Shown here one piece after another: positions 17,495 to 27,408 of a stretch of 42,384 nt of DNA. A program made the translations under genes and the position numbers. Within the stretch, counting starts at the first letter, position 1, and every line of letters begins with the position of its first letter. The notes below the pieces were generated by a model. It had not been told where the DNA came from, made no database searches, and saw only the letters and a program-made list of their open reading frames with translations. This DNA is from Candidatus Muiribacteriota bacterium (GTDB lineage: Bacteria; Muiribacteriota; Muiribacteriia; Muiribacteriales; Muiribacteriaceae), in the NCBI GenBank assembly GCA_051747805.1, contig JBNJGP010000012.1:1-42384 (forward strand), given 5' to 3'.

Positions 17495-20400
17495 TTAAAT
17501 ATTTTTTAAATATTTTGATACTTTTTCTTTAAATTCAACGTATTTAACAGGTTTTGATATGTACTCGTTCATTCCGGATTGAAGACATTTTTCTTTTTCA
17601 CCTTTTAAAACACCGGCAGTTATAGCAATAATCGGGGTTTGTTTTAAATTATTCTGTTTTTCAAATTCTCTTATTTTTTCTGTGGCTTTTATACCACTTA
17701 AATTAGGCATTTGTACGTCCATTATAATAATATCAGGTTTGAATTTTTGAAATTTCTCAACAGATTCATTACCATCAATGGCGGCTGCAATATCAGCTTC
17801 GGGAATAAGTTTTCGGGTAAAAATCTGGGTGATTTTCATATTTATTTTATCATCTTCTACAATTAACACTTTTAACTTTTTATCGCTGGCATAATTAATT
17901 AAATTTTGTTTAAAAACTTGTTTTCTTTTTTCATAATATTCTTCTTTTGAATGAATTTTTGTTAATATTTCATAAAATTTTTGAATTTTAACCGGCTTAA
18001 CTAGTTTAAATTCCACCCCCAGTTTGTGACATTCCTTATGTAGTAGAGAATCATCGGAGGAGGAATGCATAAAGATAACAGGTTTTTTATTTTTATTGTA
18101 ATCAGGGTTCTCCCTTATAATTTGAATTAACTGAAGGCCGTTTGTGTTCGGCATATGATAATCTATAACAAGTACTTCATATTTATTTTTTTCTAATAGT
18201 TTCAAAGCTTCCTGTCCGCTTGAAGCAGTATCTGAATTTATTCCCTTTAACTGAAGCATATTTAAAATAATTTTTTGATTTGAAATATTATCATCTACAA
18301 TTAAAACATTTTTAATATTAATTTTTAAATCTTTCAGTCCATTATCTTTCTTTAAAACGGGAACAGTTATAATAAAAGAAAAAGTGCTTCCCCTGCCAGG
18401 TTCGCTTTCTATTTTCATATGCGAGTTCATTTTTTTAAGTATTTTATTACAAATTGACAAACCTAACCCGGTTCCACCATATTTACGTGTTGTTGAACCA
18501 TCTTCCTGAGTAAACGCTTTTAATATTTTTTCGAAATTTTCAGATTTAATTCCAATACCAGTATCTCTTACTGAAAAAAGAAGCTCTATATTATTTTTTG
18601 ATTTATCTTCCCCCAGTTTTTCTACTTTCAGCTCAACTTCACCTTTTTCTGTAAATTTAACAGAATTTGAAAGCAGATTAATCAGAATTTGATTCAACCT
18701 TACAAGGTCGGATTCTATAAATCTTGGTAATTCCGGGGTTATATTTAAAAGCAGTTCAATATCCTTATCTTTTACTTTAAACTTATATATATCAACAATA
18801 TTTTCAACAAGCTCATATAAATCAACCTGAGTTTTTTCCAGCTCTAATTTGCCAGCCTCTATTTTTGAAAAATCCAGTATATCATTAATTAAATCCAGTA
18901 AATTATTACTGCTTTTTTGTATAGTATCAACAAATTCATGCTGTAGCTCATTAAGCTCGGTTTCATGAAGAAGCTCTGTAAAGCCTATTATTCCGTTCAT
19001 AGGTGTTCTTATTTCATGACTCATATTTGCTATAAACTCACTTTTAGCCAGATTTGCTTCTCTGGCTTTGACTGCCAGTTTTTCAGCCTGTTCATTTGCT
19101 TCTTTAAGTTCTTCAACAGCTTCTATCAGATTCTGTCTGGATTCTTTTTCTTTTGTTATATCTTTTAAAACACCTCTATATGCAATAAGTGAATCTTTTT
19201 TATCATATATTGCCATTCCAGAAAAACTTGCCCATCTAAGTTCACCTGTTTTTGTTTTAAACCTATGTTCTATATTTTTTACAATACCTTTTCTGGTGGC
19301 AGCTTCTTCTAATGCATTAATAATAATTCCGCGGTCATCCTGATAGATAAACTCAAGAGGACTTTCACCAATTAATCCAGCCGGACTTTTGTTGAAAAAA
19401 TCTGTTGCTTTATCTGATATATATGTAAAACACCCTTTATAGTCAAGCTCAAATACAACCTCGCCAATAGCATTAACAACGTCTTTGAATCTTTTTTCAT
19501 TGAACTTTAATTCTTCTTCAAAAATTTTTCTGTCGGTTATATCAGTATGTGAACCCGACAATCTACTGGGAATACCATCTTCATCTCTTAATGCCTCTCC
19601 TTTTGCCATAATCCACCTGATACTACCGTCTTTATGTTTCATTCTAAACTCAATTTTATAATTGCTTATCTCGCCATTTAAATATTTATAAGCATATTCA
19701 ATTACTTTTTTTCGGTCTTTTTTATATATAAGATTTTCAAAAGTTTTAAATTCATTTTTCAGTTCATAATCCTCGTATCCAAGAATTTCTTTCCATTTAG
19801 GAGATAAATACAGTTTATCATTTTTTAAATCCCAGTCCCATAAGCCGTCATTAGCCCCTTGAACTGCAAGTTCAAACCTTTCATTTGCCTTCTTAAGTGA
19901 GATTTTCGCCTCTACCTGGGAGGTAATATCCATAAAATTTCCTAAAACCTTTATAATTTTACCATCGCTGTATTCAGCCTGTGCTGCTGTTTTTACCCAT
20001 ATTTTTTCACCATTAATTTTTGTAATAGGAACTTCAAAGCTATAAGGTTCTCCATTAGCAACACATTTTTTAAAGGCATTAAGAATTTTTTTTCTATCTT
20101 CGGGATAATAACATGTTAAACTTTTTTCTATATGCTTTTTATCCCCCTGTTTAATTTCTTCGGGATTAAAACCATGAATTAAATACACCTGATTTGTCCA
20201 GTACATCTCATCTTTTAATACATCATATTCCCAGCCACCGATTTTTCCGATTTTCTGGGTTTTTTCCAGCAGTTCTTCGTTTCTTTTAAACTGCTCATTT
20301 AAAAGTTTCTGATTAGATAAATCAACAAAAGATTCAAGCACAAAATCCTGCTGATTCAATTTTATTGCAGTAGCTGTTTTTAAAACTGGTTTTTCATTGT

Positions 20401-21427
20401 TGTACCTGGTTTTTAAAATACATTCCTTATCTGTAAAAACTTCATCTTTGTCAAATATGGGGCATTCCTCTCCTTCTTTGGCGCAGATATATTCTTTACA
20501 GTTCTTTCCGATTAAATCCCTTTGCAGACTGAATTCAGTTAATTCTAACGCCTTCTCATTAGCCCAGTGAATCTTTTTGTCCTTGCCGACTAAAATAACA
20601 CCCACAGGGGCCTTATTCATAATTTTTTCAAGATTAGTCTTAGTTGATTCCAGTTTTAGTTGATTTATTTTCTGCCCTGATATATCAAAAGCTAAAGCTC
20701 CTATTAAAGAAACTTCTCCTTTTTCAAATTGAATTGGAAAAAGTATTGTTTCAAATACTGAAAATCCAGTTGAACTGTTTTTATCTTCTAAATAATCAAC
20801 TTTTGAAAAACCTTTTTTAGTCTTTTTTATTTGTTCAATATTATTATTAAAATCATCTACAACTTCCTGAGGTAAAAGCTCACTGAAATATTTACCTTCT
20901 ATTTGGTCATAGGGCATATTATAAAACTCTGAAACTTTTTTTGATACTTTTATATATTTACCATTTATATCAAAAATTGAAATTATGTTTGGAGCATAAT
21001 TGAAAACTGATTCAAGAATTTCAAGTTTTTGATTAATATTTTCTATATTATGATTATTCCCGGCAACTTCATTCTTTGTAATATCCTCAAAATAAACAAT
21101 AAAAAAATCTTTCTCAACTCGTGTTATCTTTGCATTAAAGTGTTTTTTCCCGGGCTTAAAATACGTTTTTAACCTATTATGCTGATTATTATTAAGAATG
21201 TCTTTAAAAGAATTTACCCAGTTAAAATCATCAGATATATACTGGCTGAAAAATTTTTTAAAACTTTGTCCTTCTATTTCAGTATTTTTAAATCCAGTTT
21301 TTTTTTCAAATTCCGGGTTTACATATAAATATTCAAAATCTATAATTTCTTCATTTTCGTTTTTTATAATTTTATGAAGTGCACATGCAACAGGACAGTT
21401 ATCTATAAGTATTTTATAATTATTCAA
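17495..21427 (-). CDS. Multi-PAS hybrid sensor histidine kinase with two receiver domains
   Basis: Several PAS/PAC repeats, NMSHEIRTPMNG H-box, GGTGLGL G2 box, two REC domains; no TM segment. Confidence 0.95.
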   Translation of the reverse strand: MNNYKILIDNCPVACALHKIIKNENEEIIDFEYLYVNPEFEKKTGFKNTEIEGQSFKKFFSQYISDDFNWVNSFKDILNNNQHNRLKTYFKPGKKHFNAKITRVEKDFFIVYFEDITKNEVAGNNHNIENINQKLEILESVFNYAPNIISIFDINGKYIKVSKKVSEFYNMPYDQIEGKYFSELLPQEVVDDFNNNIEQIKKTKKGFSKVDYLEDKNSSTGFSVFETILFPIQFEKGEVSLIGALAFDISGQKINQLKLESTKTNLEKIMNKAPVGVILVGKDKKIHWANEKALELTEFSLQRDLIGKNCKEYICAKEGEECPIFDKDEVFTDKECILKTRYNNEKPVLKTATAIKLNQQDFVLESFVDLSNQKLLNEQFKRNEELLEKTQKIGKIGGWEYDVLKDEMYWTNQVYLIHGFNPEEIKQGDKKHIEKSLTCYYPEDRKKILNAFKKCVANGEPYSFEVPITKINGEKIWVKTAAQAEYSDGKIIKVLGNFMDITSQVEAKISLKKANERFELAVQGANDGLWDWDLKNDKLYLSPKWKEILGYEDYELKNEFKTFENLIYKKDRKKVIEYAYKYLNGEISNYKIEFRMKHKDGSIRWIMAKGEALRDEDGIPSRLSGSHTDITDRKIFEEELKFNEKRFKDVVNAIGEVVFELDYKGCFTYISDKATDFFNKSPAGLIGESPLEFIYQDDRGIIINALEEAATRKGIVKNIEHRFKTKTGELRWASFSGMAIYDKKDSLIAYRGVLKDITKEKESRQNLIEAVEELKEANEQAEKLAVKAREANLAKSEFIANMSHEIRTPMNGIIGFTELLHETELNELQHEFVDTIQKSSNNLLDLINDILDFSKIEAGKLELEKTQVDLYELVENIVDIYKFKVKDKDIELLLNITPELPRFIESDLVRLNQILINLLSNSVKFTEKGEVELKVEKLGEDKSKNNIELLFSVRDTGIGIKSENFEKILKAFTQEDGSTTRKYGGTGLGLSICNKILKKMNSHMKIESEPGRGSTFSFIITVPVLKKDNGLKDLKINIKNVLIVDDNISNQKIILNMLQLKGINSDTASSGQEALKLLEKNKYEVLVIDYHMPNTNGLQLIQIIRENPDYNKNKKPVIFMHSSSDDSLLHKECHKLGVEFKLVKPVKIQKFYEILTKIHSKEEYYEKRKQVFKQNLINYASDKKLKVLIVEDDKINMKITQIFTRKLIPEADIAAAIDGNESVEKFQKFKPDIIIMDVQMPNLSGIKATEKIREFEKQNNLKQTPIIAITAGVLKGEKEKCLQSGMNEYISKPVKYVEFKEKVSKYLKNI

Positions 21428-21499
21428 AATTTTCCCTTCTTTAAAAATAAATTTATGATTTTTATCAACTTTTAACTATACATTATATATTATAATTAT

Positions 21500-22378
21500 T
21501 CAATTGCTCTGCTCACTTTTTTGAGGATAAAATTCAATTTTTCTTTCAATAATTTTTATAGGTTCCCCTTTATCTTTTACAGTTGCTTTTATCCAGTTGC
21601 CATTATCCGAATATTCATATTCATAAGTTAAATTTTTTACAATATTATTTCTATGATCGAAAACAGTTAAATTAATCATATTATTTTTTTCATCATAATT
21701 GTATTCTCTGATAAATCTGAGTCTTTCATTTAATTCGTACTCGGTTTGTTTGATTAAATTATTTTTTTCATCGTACTCATTATAAAATTCACTGGTGATA
21801 GTATCATCAGCCCTGGCAAGTATTTCATGAACAAGATTATCATCTTCATAAATATATTCATATTTAGCACTTAAATTATCATTTGAATTAAACCTGTGCA
21901 TTTTAATAACCTGATTTCTGCGATTATATTTATATATTTTTCTATCTCTCTGTCTGTCAGGTTCATATAATCGGGTTTTTTGAATAATTCGACCTTTATC
22001 ATCATGTTCATATTTAAATTCCGATAAAACAGTATCATCTTTATCATAGTCGGCCCCGGCCAATTTACCCCGGTTATTATGAGTTCTGAAATCATATTCA
22101 TATGTGACTTTTTCAATAATCTCATCTTCTTTTACATCTAACCTGGAATATAGCGTCATAAAACCATCTTCATTAAACTTATAAAGTGCTTTTTCTTTTA
22201 ATTCCCCCTTTTCAACAACACCATAGGGACTTATTGCCTCATAAACTGACTCATTTATTTGCTTAACAGGACCTTTTAAATTCTTTTTTTCCAGATCATT
22301 TATCCTTTGAAAGTCTCCCCAACAACCTGAAAGTAAAACTAAAGTTATAATAATTGAAAAAAATTTTATTTTATTCAT
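21500..22378 (-). CDS. Lipoprotein with YD-like repeats
   Basis: LLSG|C lipobox, LKGPVK, repeated YEYD..GN/NN motifs; start moved to ATG 22378. Confidence 0.75.
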   Translation of the reverse strand: MNKIKFFSIIITLVLLSGCWGDFQRINDLEKKNLKGPVKQINESVYEAISPYGVVEKGELKEKALYKFNEDGFMTLYSRLDVKEDEIIEKVTYEYDFRTHNNRGKLAGADYDKDDTVLSEFKYEHDDKGRIIQKTRLYEPDRQRDRKIYKYNRRNQVIKMHRFNSNDNLSAKYEYIYEDDNLVHEILARADDTITSEFYNEYDEKNNLIKQTEYELNERLRFIREYNYDEKNNMINLTVFDHRNNIVKNLTYEYEYSDNGNWIKATVKDKGEPIKIIERKIEFYPQKSEQSN

Positions 22379-22464
22379 TTTATTCCCTCGCAAAATTTTT
22401 ATATTAACATATTTATTATTTTATACTAAAAAATATTATAATTCAATAATGTGTTACTAATATC

Positions 22465-22591
22465 CAGCAATTCTCAATGAAAATAGAGAAAATCCTTGAT
22501 TTGATGGGGTCAGCGCCGACATCACTTTGCGAAAAAGCAAGGTGTGTAGGCCTGACCACTAAAGGATTTTCGGCTAAATTGAGAATTGCTG
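22465..22591. mobile_element. 127-bp MITE-like element (shell B)
   Basis: Perfect 14-bp TIR CAGCAATTCTCAAT/ATTGAGAATTGCTG; 10-bp direct repeat TACTAATATC at 22455-22464 and 22592-22601. Confidence 0.88.
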
Positions 22592-22606
22592 TACTAATAT
22601 CAGCAA

Positions 22607-24094
22607 TTATAAAAAATAAATCAGAAGGTTATAGACCATATGTGAAATAATTGCGGGATAAAGGGACTTTGCCTTTTGTGTAATTAAACACCCAGCAAAA
22701 GAAAAGGCTCCAAAAACAATAAAAAGTGGATACCACCATTCATATTGCGGCATATGAATCAATGCAAATATAATAGAAGTAATAACGGCACCACATATAA
22801 CATTAAACCTTCTGCTTAAAATCCGGTAAATAAAACCCTTAAAAACAATTTCTTCCAGTACAGGAGCTAATAGAACCACAAAGATAAGAGTAAATCCAAA
22901 ATTAAATAAACTTTCACGAGTAAAATTAAAAACGTCAATATCGGGCATTTCTATAAACTTCAGCATAAAACTAATTACTGTGAAAAACATAATAGAAAGA
23001 ATTAAGGCGCAGTTGAAATATTTATAACGGGTTTTTCTAAATAAAAAAAACTGTTTTAAACTCTTTCCTCTTAAATTACCAATAATATAAAATGCAGTTA
23101 ACACAGAAATAATATTAAAAAAAAGAGTTTGAAAAATAATATTGTACATCTCGTCTAACTGAAAAATTTCTAATGGAAACCCTGTTGAATCCATTAGTAA
23201 ATAAATCAGAAAATTAATCCAGATAATTAAGCAGATAATAATAAAAGAAAAAAGCAGTAAATCTTTTATCCCAGCCTGTCTGCCTTTGAACTTTAAAAAA
23301 AATTGCAGGGGAATTATTATTATAATAAAAATAATAATTGTAATAACAAAAATTCTAATTATATTACCAGCAAAATTCTCACCATATTTTTGATTCCATA
23401 AATTAAAAGCATAAAAAATATTACCAGAAAAAAATTCAGCCTTAATTAATTTATAAAAAATTTTTTTAGAACTGTTTTTCTCATATGCTTTTTCAAAATT
23501 CCTGGTAGCTTCAGAATATACTTTATTTTGATAGTTAATAGAGCCAAGATAATAAAAAGATTTATAATCATTTTTTAAGTTTTTACGTTTATAAGTAAAA
23601 TAAAGAGCATTTTTATAATCATTTTTAAAAATATAGAGTTCAATAAGGGCATTTAAAGTGGAAATTTTTAACTCTTTTGAATTTTCATATTCTTTAATTA
23701 AAAACTCTTCACTTAGAAAAAAATCTTCCCTCTCATGAAATATATAGGCAATATTATAATATTCCCCGTGGTGTGCTCCAAGTCTAACAGATTTAAACAA
23801 TAATCTTAAAGCATTATTTAAATCATTTTGTCGCAATTTTAAGTAGGCAAGTCTAGAATAGGGAATGAAAATATGGTCACTTGATAGAATTAACTCTTCA
23901 TTTTGGATTTTTCCAATAATATTTTCATATTCTTTTTCAGCCTGAGAATAGTTTCCTTCATGAATAAACAACTCAGCTTCCTGAATATAACTTTCATCTA
24001 CATTATAAATATTATTCATAGGAAGCATATCAAAAGAAAAAGAAGTAATTGAAATAAACAGAAAAATTAATAAATAAGTTTTAAAAAATTTCAC
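22607..24094 (-). CDS. TPR-containing CPBP (CAAX protease/Abi) family intramembrane metalloprotease
   Basis: Signal peptide, TPR repeats, multi-TM C-terminus with LEEIVFKG, FALIH, SHMVYN. Confidence 0.85.
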   Translation of the reverse strand: MKFFKTYLLIFLFISITSFSFDMLPMNNIYNVDESYIQEAELFIHEGNYSQAEKEYENIIGKIQNEELILSSDHIFIPYSRLAYLKLRQNDLNNALRLLFKSVRLGAHHGEYYNIAYIFHEREDFFLSEEFLIKEYENSKELKISTLNALIELYIFKNDYKNALYFTYKRKNLKNDYKSFYYLGSINYQNKVYSEATRNFEKAYEKNSSKKIFYKLIKAEFFSGNIFYAFNLWNQKYGENFAGNIIRIFVITIIIFIIIIIPLQFFLKFKGRQAGIKDLLLFSFIIICLIIWINFLIYLLMDSTGFPLEIFQLDEMYNIIFQTLFFNIISVLTAFYIIGNLRGKSLKQFFLFRKTRYKYFNCALILSIMFFTVISFMLKFIEMPDIDVFNFTRESLFNFGFTLIFVVLLAPVLEEIVFKGFIYRILSRRFNVICGAVITSIIFALIHMPQYEWWYPLFIVFGAFSFAGCLITQKAKSLYPAIISHMVYNLLIYFL

Positions 24095-24120
24095 AAATGC
24101 TCCTGAAAAAAAATAGCAGT

Positions 24121-24339
24121 TTAATTAGAAGAATCTTCAAAATCATCTAAAAGTTTTTGAGCATTTCCAAAATCTTTCTCATCAACATAAAGCTTAATCG
24201 GAAGAAGAACGTTTAAATGAGGAGCCATACCACCGCAGTCATCAGCCTCAATAAAACAGTCAATTTTATTAGCTTTCAATACACCAACAAAAAAATCCGC
24301 CTCCATATGATTTGAAAACGTTTTTAAAATTTTTTTCAT
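24121..24339 (-). CDS. DUF2007-like small protein
   Basis: EA..(V)GVLKANKIDCFI...KLYVDEKDFGNAQKLL pattern. Confidence 0.8.
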   Translation of the reverse strand: MKKILKTFSNHMEADFFVGVLKANKIDCFIEADDCGGMAPHLNVLLPIKLYVDEKDFGNAQKLLDDFEDSSN

Positions 24340-24382
24340 AAAAAAATAGCGGGTAGAACCCGGCAGTCCCCTTTAATTATTT

Positions 24383-25144
24383 TTAAATTTCAACGTAAGG
24401 ATTTTTATATCTTTTTCTTCCAATAGACTTTTTGCCATATTCAACAGCTTCTTCAGGACAAAGCTGAATACATGCCATACACTGTTCGCATTTATCTCCC
24501 CATTGAGGTGAGCCCTCTTTTAAAGATATATTATTTACAGGACAAACCCTCACACATTTAGAGCATCCTGTGCATTTATCAGTAACATAAAAGTTTTTTG
24601 CCGACTTAGGAAGAGAAGAATAAAAAAAACCTGCTCCTAAATAACCAAATCTGATAAGAAAAAAACCTTTTTCAACTTTATTATCTTTTTTTTCTTTTAA
24701 AAAATAAAGTATATAATCAATTTTTTTCCGGGCTTTTAAAAAAATATTTTCCTGCTTCGCTCTAGAGGGAGCCCCATAAAGAACAATATAATTTCCAGGC
24801 ATACCAACTATAAATCCAGCATTAAGCGAAACACTTTTTTTCTTTAAAATATTTTCAAGCTGTTCATTTGCAGGAGCCAGTTTAGGTGCTCCGGCAGTTG
24901 CAATTGAAAAAAAATAAGAATTATTTTTAATTTTAACTTTTTCAATAAAATCCTTAACAATTCGAGGTAATCCAAAACAGTAAACCGGGTATATAATTCC
25001 TGCAAAATCTGAATCAATTATTGGTTCATCTTTTTTTATTTCTTCATCTATAGAAATTAATTGAGTGTTGTCAAGAGATTCAGCTATTTTCTGAGCAACA
25101 TACAGAGAGTTGCCGGTTCCACTGAAATAATAAATTTTCTTCAT
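24383..25144 (-). CDS. EFR1-family flavodoxin-ferredoxin fusion
   Basis: YFSGTGNS, MPGNY, two CxxCxxCxxxCP motifs. Confidence 0.93.
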   Translation of the reverse strand: MKKIYYFSGTGNSLYVAQKIAESLDNTQLISIDEEIKKDEPIIDSDFAGIIYPVYCFGLPRIVKDFIEKVKIKNNSYFFSIATAGAPKLAPANEQLENILKKKSVSLNAGFIVGMPGNYIVLYGAPSRAKQENIFLKARKKIDYILYFLKEKKDNKVEKGFFLIRFGYLGAGFFYSSLPKSAKNFYVTDKCTGCSKCVRVCPVNNISLKEGSPQWGDKCEQCMACIQLCPEEAVEYGKKSIGRKRYKNPYVEI

Positions 25145-25197
25145 AAATAAATTATATCATATCAAATTATATTTTAAAATTATTTTTTTGAAAAGCT

Positions 25198-26466
25198 TTA
25201 ATAGTCTTTAAGTTGATATAGGAATTTATCATATTTAGCATATGTGTCCATCTGCACAATAGTTCTATTGTAATCAATTTCCTTAATATTTTCTTTTAAT
25301 AAATCAAGTACATCCCCATCAATTTTATTATCCTTATTCATTTTTTCCAGGATTTTAACAGATTCATTTTTAGAAATTCCTGGCCGGTAGGGACGATTTT
25401 CTGAAAGAGCAACAAAAATATCAGAAACAGTCATAATTCTGCTCCCGAGACTAAGCTCATCCCGCTCATAATGAAACGGATAACCGGAGCCGTCAAGTTT
25501 TTCATGATGCAGTGCGCTCCAGGAACAGACAGTGCCAAATCCTGGAACCTTCTGTAGGAGATTGTGAGAATAAAAAGTATGAGTTTTAATTATATTATAT
25601 TCTTCGTTAGTCAGCGCTCCTTCTTTTTCTATTATGGTAATTGGAACCGCCAATTTTCCAATATCATGAAGAAGTCCAGATATTTTCATCAGCTTAACAT
25701 CAAATTCTGAAAAACGGGCTTTTTGGGCCAGATATCCTGCAGCAAACTCAACGCCCTTAGAATGAGCAGAGGTAAAAATGCTTCTAAAGTCAATAATCTT
25801 TTGAAACAAATGACAGAATTCATATAGCTCGTCAACTGGAACCATATGATTTGCACAGTCTCTTCTTGAAACATTATGTAAAATACATCCGGGAATTTTT
25901 AGATTAAACCAGAAATATTCTTTTTTACTGAATTCTAGATAGGCTCCCACAACAGCAGGATGAAATTTTTTACCTTTCATATCAACAATCATTTCTGTAA
26001 TGTGATTTTCCTGGGATAAAATCTCTTTGTTTCTATCTATTGCATTAGAAATATAGTCTGCAAGATTAATTATTTGTGACATTATAAGTATTTTTTCGCT
26101 TTCGTCATTTTCTTCAAGTTTTCCATAATCCCAGCTGTCATGATGATATTTTATAAGTTTAGCAACATCATAAAAACCATTTAAGCTTTTAAGCAATAAA
26201 TATCCGGCCATTGAATGACGCTTTTCATCTTTTAAGTCAATAGGTGAAATATTTTTTCTATCATAGGACATTGCACCACAGTCATGAATAAGAGTGCTTA
26301 TCAGCAGGGTGGTTTTATTTTCGGGAGTTAAATCAAAATATTCGGCCAGTTGCATGGCTATACATGCTACTTCTTTATGGTGATTTGCAAGTTCTCTGCT
26401 TACAAAATCGACAGCCTCGGATAAAACAGAAATCAAATCAATTTTAGAAACAATTTTTTCAGTCAT
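25198..26466 (-). CDS. Tandem-HD HD-GYP phosphodiesterase
   Basis: Degenerate N-terminal HD domain (HDCG, HHDSWD); intact HDIGK and HHEKLDGSGYP; start moved to ATG 26466. Confidence 0.88.
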   Translation of the reverse strand: MTEKIVSKIDLISVLSEAVDFVSRELANHHKEVACIAMQLAEYFDLTPENKTTLLISTLIHDCGAMSYDRKNISPIDLKDEKRHSMAGYLLLKSLNGFYDVAKLIKYHHDSWDYGKLEENDESEKILIMSQIINLADYISNAIDRNKEILSQENHITEMIVDMKGKKFHPAVVGAYLEFSKKEYFWFNLKIPGCILHNVSRRDCANHMVPVDELYEFCHLFQKIIDFRSIFTSAHSKGVEFAAGYLAQKARFSEFDVKLMKISGLLHDIGKLAVPITIIEKEGALTNEEYNIIKTHTFYSHNLLQKVPGFGTVCSWSALHHEKLDGSGYPFHYERDELSLGSRIMTVSDIFVALSENRPYRPGISKNESVKILEKMNKDNKIDGDVLDLLKENIKEIDYNRTIVQMDTYAKYDKFLYQLKDY

Positions 26467-26593
26467 AAAAACCCCTGATTCAAAATTTAAATTAGGTGTA
26501 AAAATTTTAACCCATTCAGTTAATAAAATCAAGCATTTTTTTTTAAATTCAGGCAATAGTTGACTTTATTAAAAAATTCAATATATTTATCCT

Positions 26594-27406
26594 ATGGATA
26601 TTTTTACAACATCAGATATACTAAGAGCATTTATGCTTACACTTTTCGCGGGATTATCCACAGGAATCGGCGGAGCATTTGCCGCTTTTGCAAAAAAAAC
26701 AAACTTTAAATTTCTATGTTTCTCGCTTGGCTTTTCAGCAGGAGTAATGATATATATTTCTTTTGTTGAAATTTTTACAAAGGCTCTTGAAATGCTTGTT
26801 GAAACACATGGTTCAAAAGGTGAACTTTTAACAGTAATTTCATTTTTTGCCGGAATGGCCTTAATCGCCCTTATTGATAAACTTGTCCCAACCGTTGAAA
26901 ACCCCCATGAACTCCACAGTATAGAAGAATTAAATCCAGAAGAATTAAAGAACAAATCAAAACTTCATCGACTTGGAATACTGAGCGCACTGGCAATATC
27001 TATTCACAATTTTCCAGAAGGAATGGTAACTTTTTTTGCCGCTCTTGCAGACCCTGCACTCGGGATAACAATTGCCATAGCTGTGGCAATCCATAATATA
27101 CCAGAAGGCATTGCAGTTGCCGTACCAATATATTATTCAACAGGCTCTAGAAAAAAAGCTTTTTATTACTCTTTTCTATCAGGATTAGCCGAGCCAGCCG
27201 GTGCTCTAATTGGATTCTTCCTTTTAAGAAATTTTTTAAACAATACAATTTTTGGGATTATTTTTGGGTCAATAGCCGGTATAATGGTTTTTATCGCCTT
27301 CGATCAGCTTCTGCCCTCAGCAGAAAAATTCGGAAAACATCATACAACAATTTATGGTTTAATTTCCGGAATGCTTGTAATGGCGGTTAGTTTAATTCTA
27401 CTGTAA
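26594..27406 (+). CDS. zupT: ZIP family zinc transporter
   Basis: GFSAGVM, HNFPEG, HNIPEG, SGLAEP. Confidence 0.93.
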   Translation: MDIFTTSDILRAFMLTLFAGLSTGIGGAFAAFAKKTNFKFLCFSLGFSAGVMIYISFVEIFTKALEMLVETHGSKGELLTVISFFAGMALIALIDKLVPTVENPHELHSIEELNPEELKNKSKLHRLGILSALAISIHNFPEGMVTFFAALADPALGITIAIAVAIHNIPEGIAVAVPIYYSTGSRKKAFYYSFLSGLAEPAGALIGFFLLRNFLNNTIFGIIFGSIAGIMVFIAFDQLLPSAEKFGKHHTTIYGLISGMLVMAVSLILL

Positions 27407-27408
27407 AA

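Noticed and set aside
21500..22378. Rhs polymorphic toxin
   Set aside because: Short lipoprotein without the Rhs core DPxG motif, toxin tip or immunity gene
24340..24372. Hairpin CGGGttctaCCCG with T-run as a member of the repeat family
   Set aside because: No match to the family core; a weak terminator after the EFR1 gene is the simpler explanation
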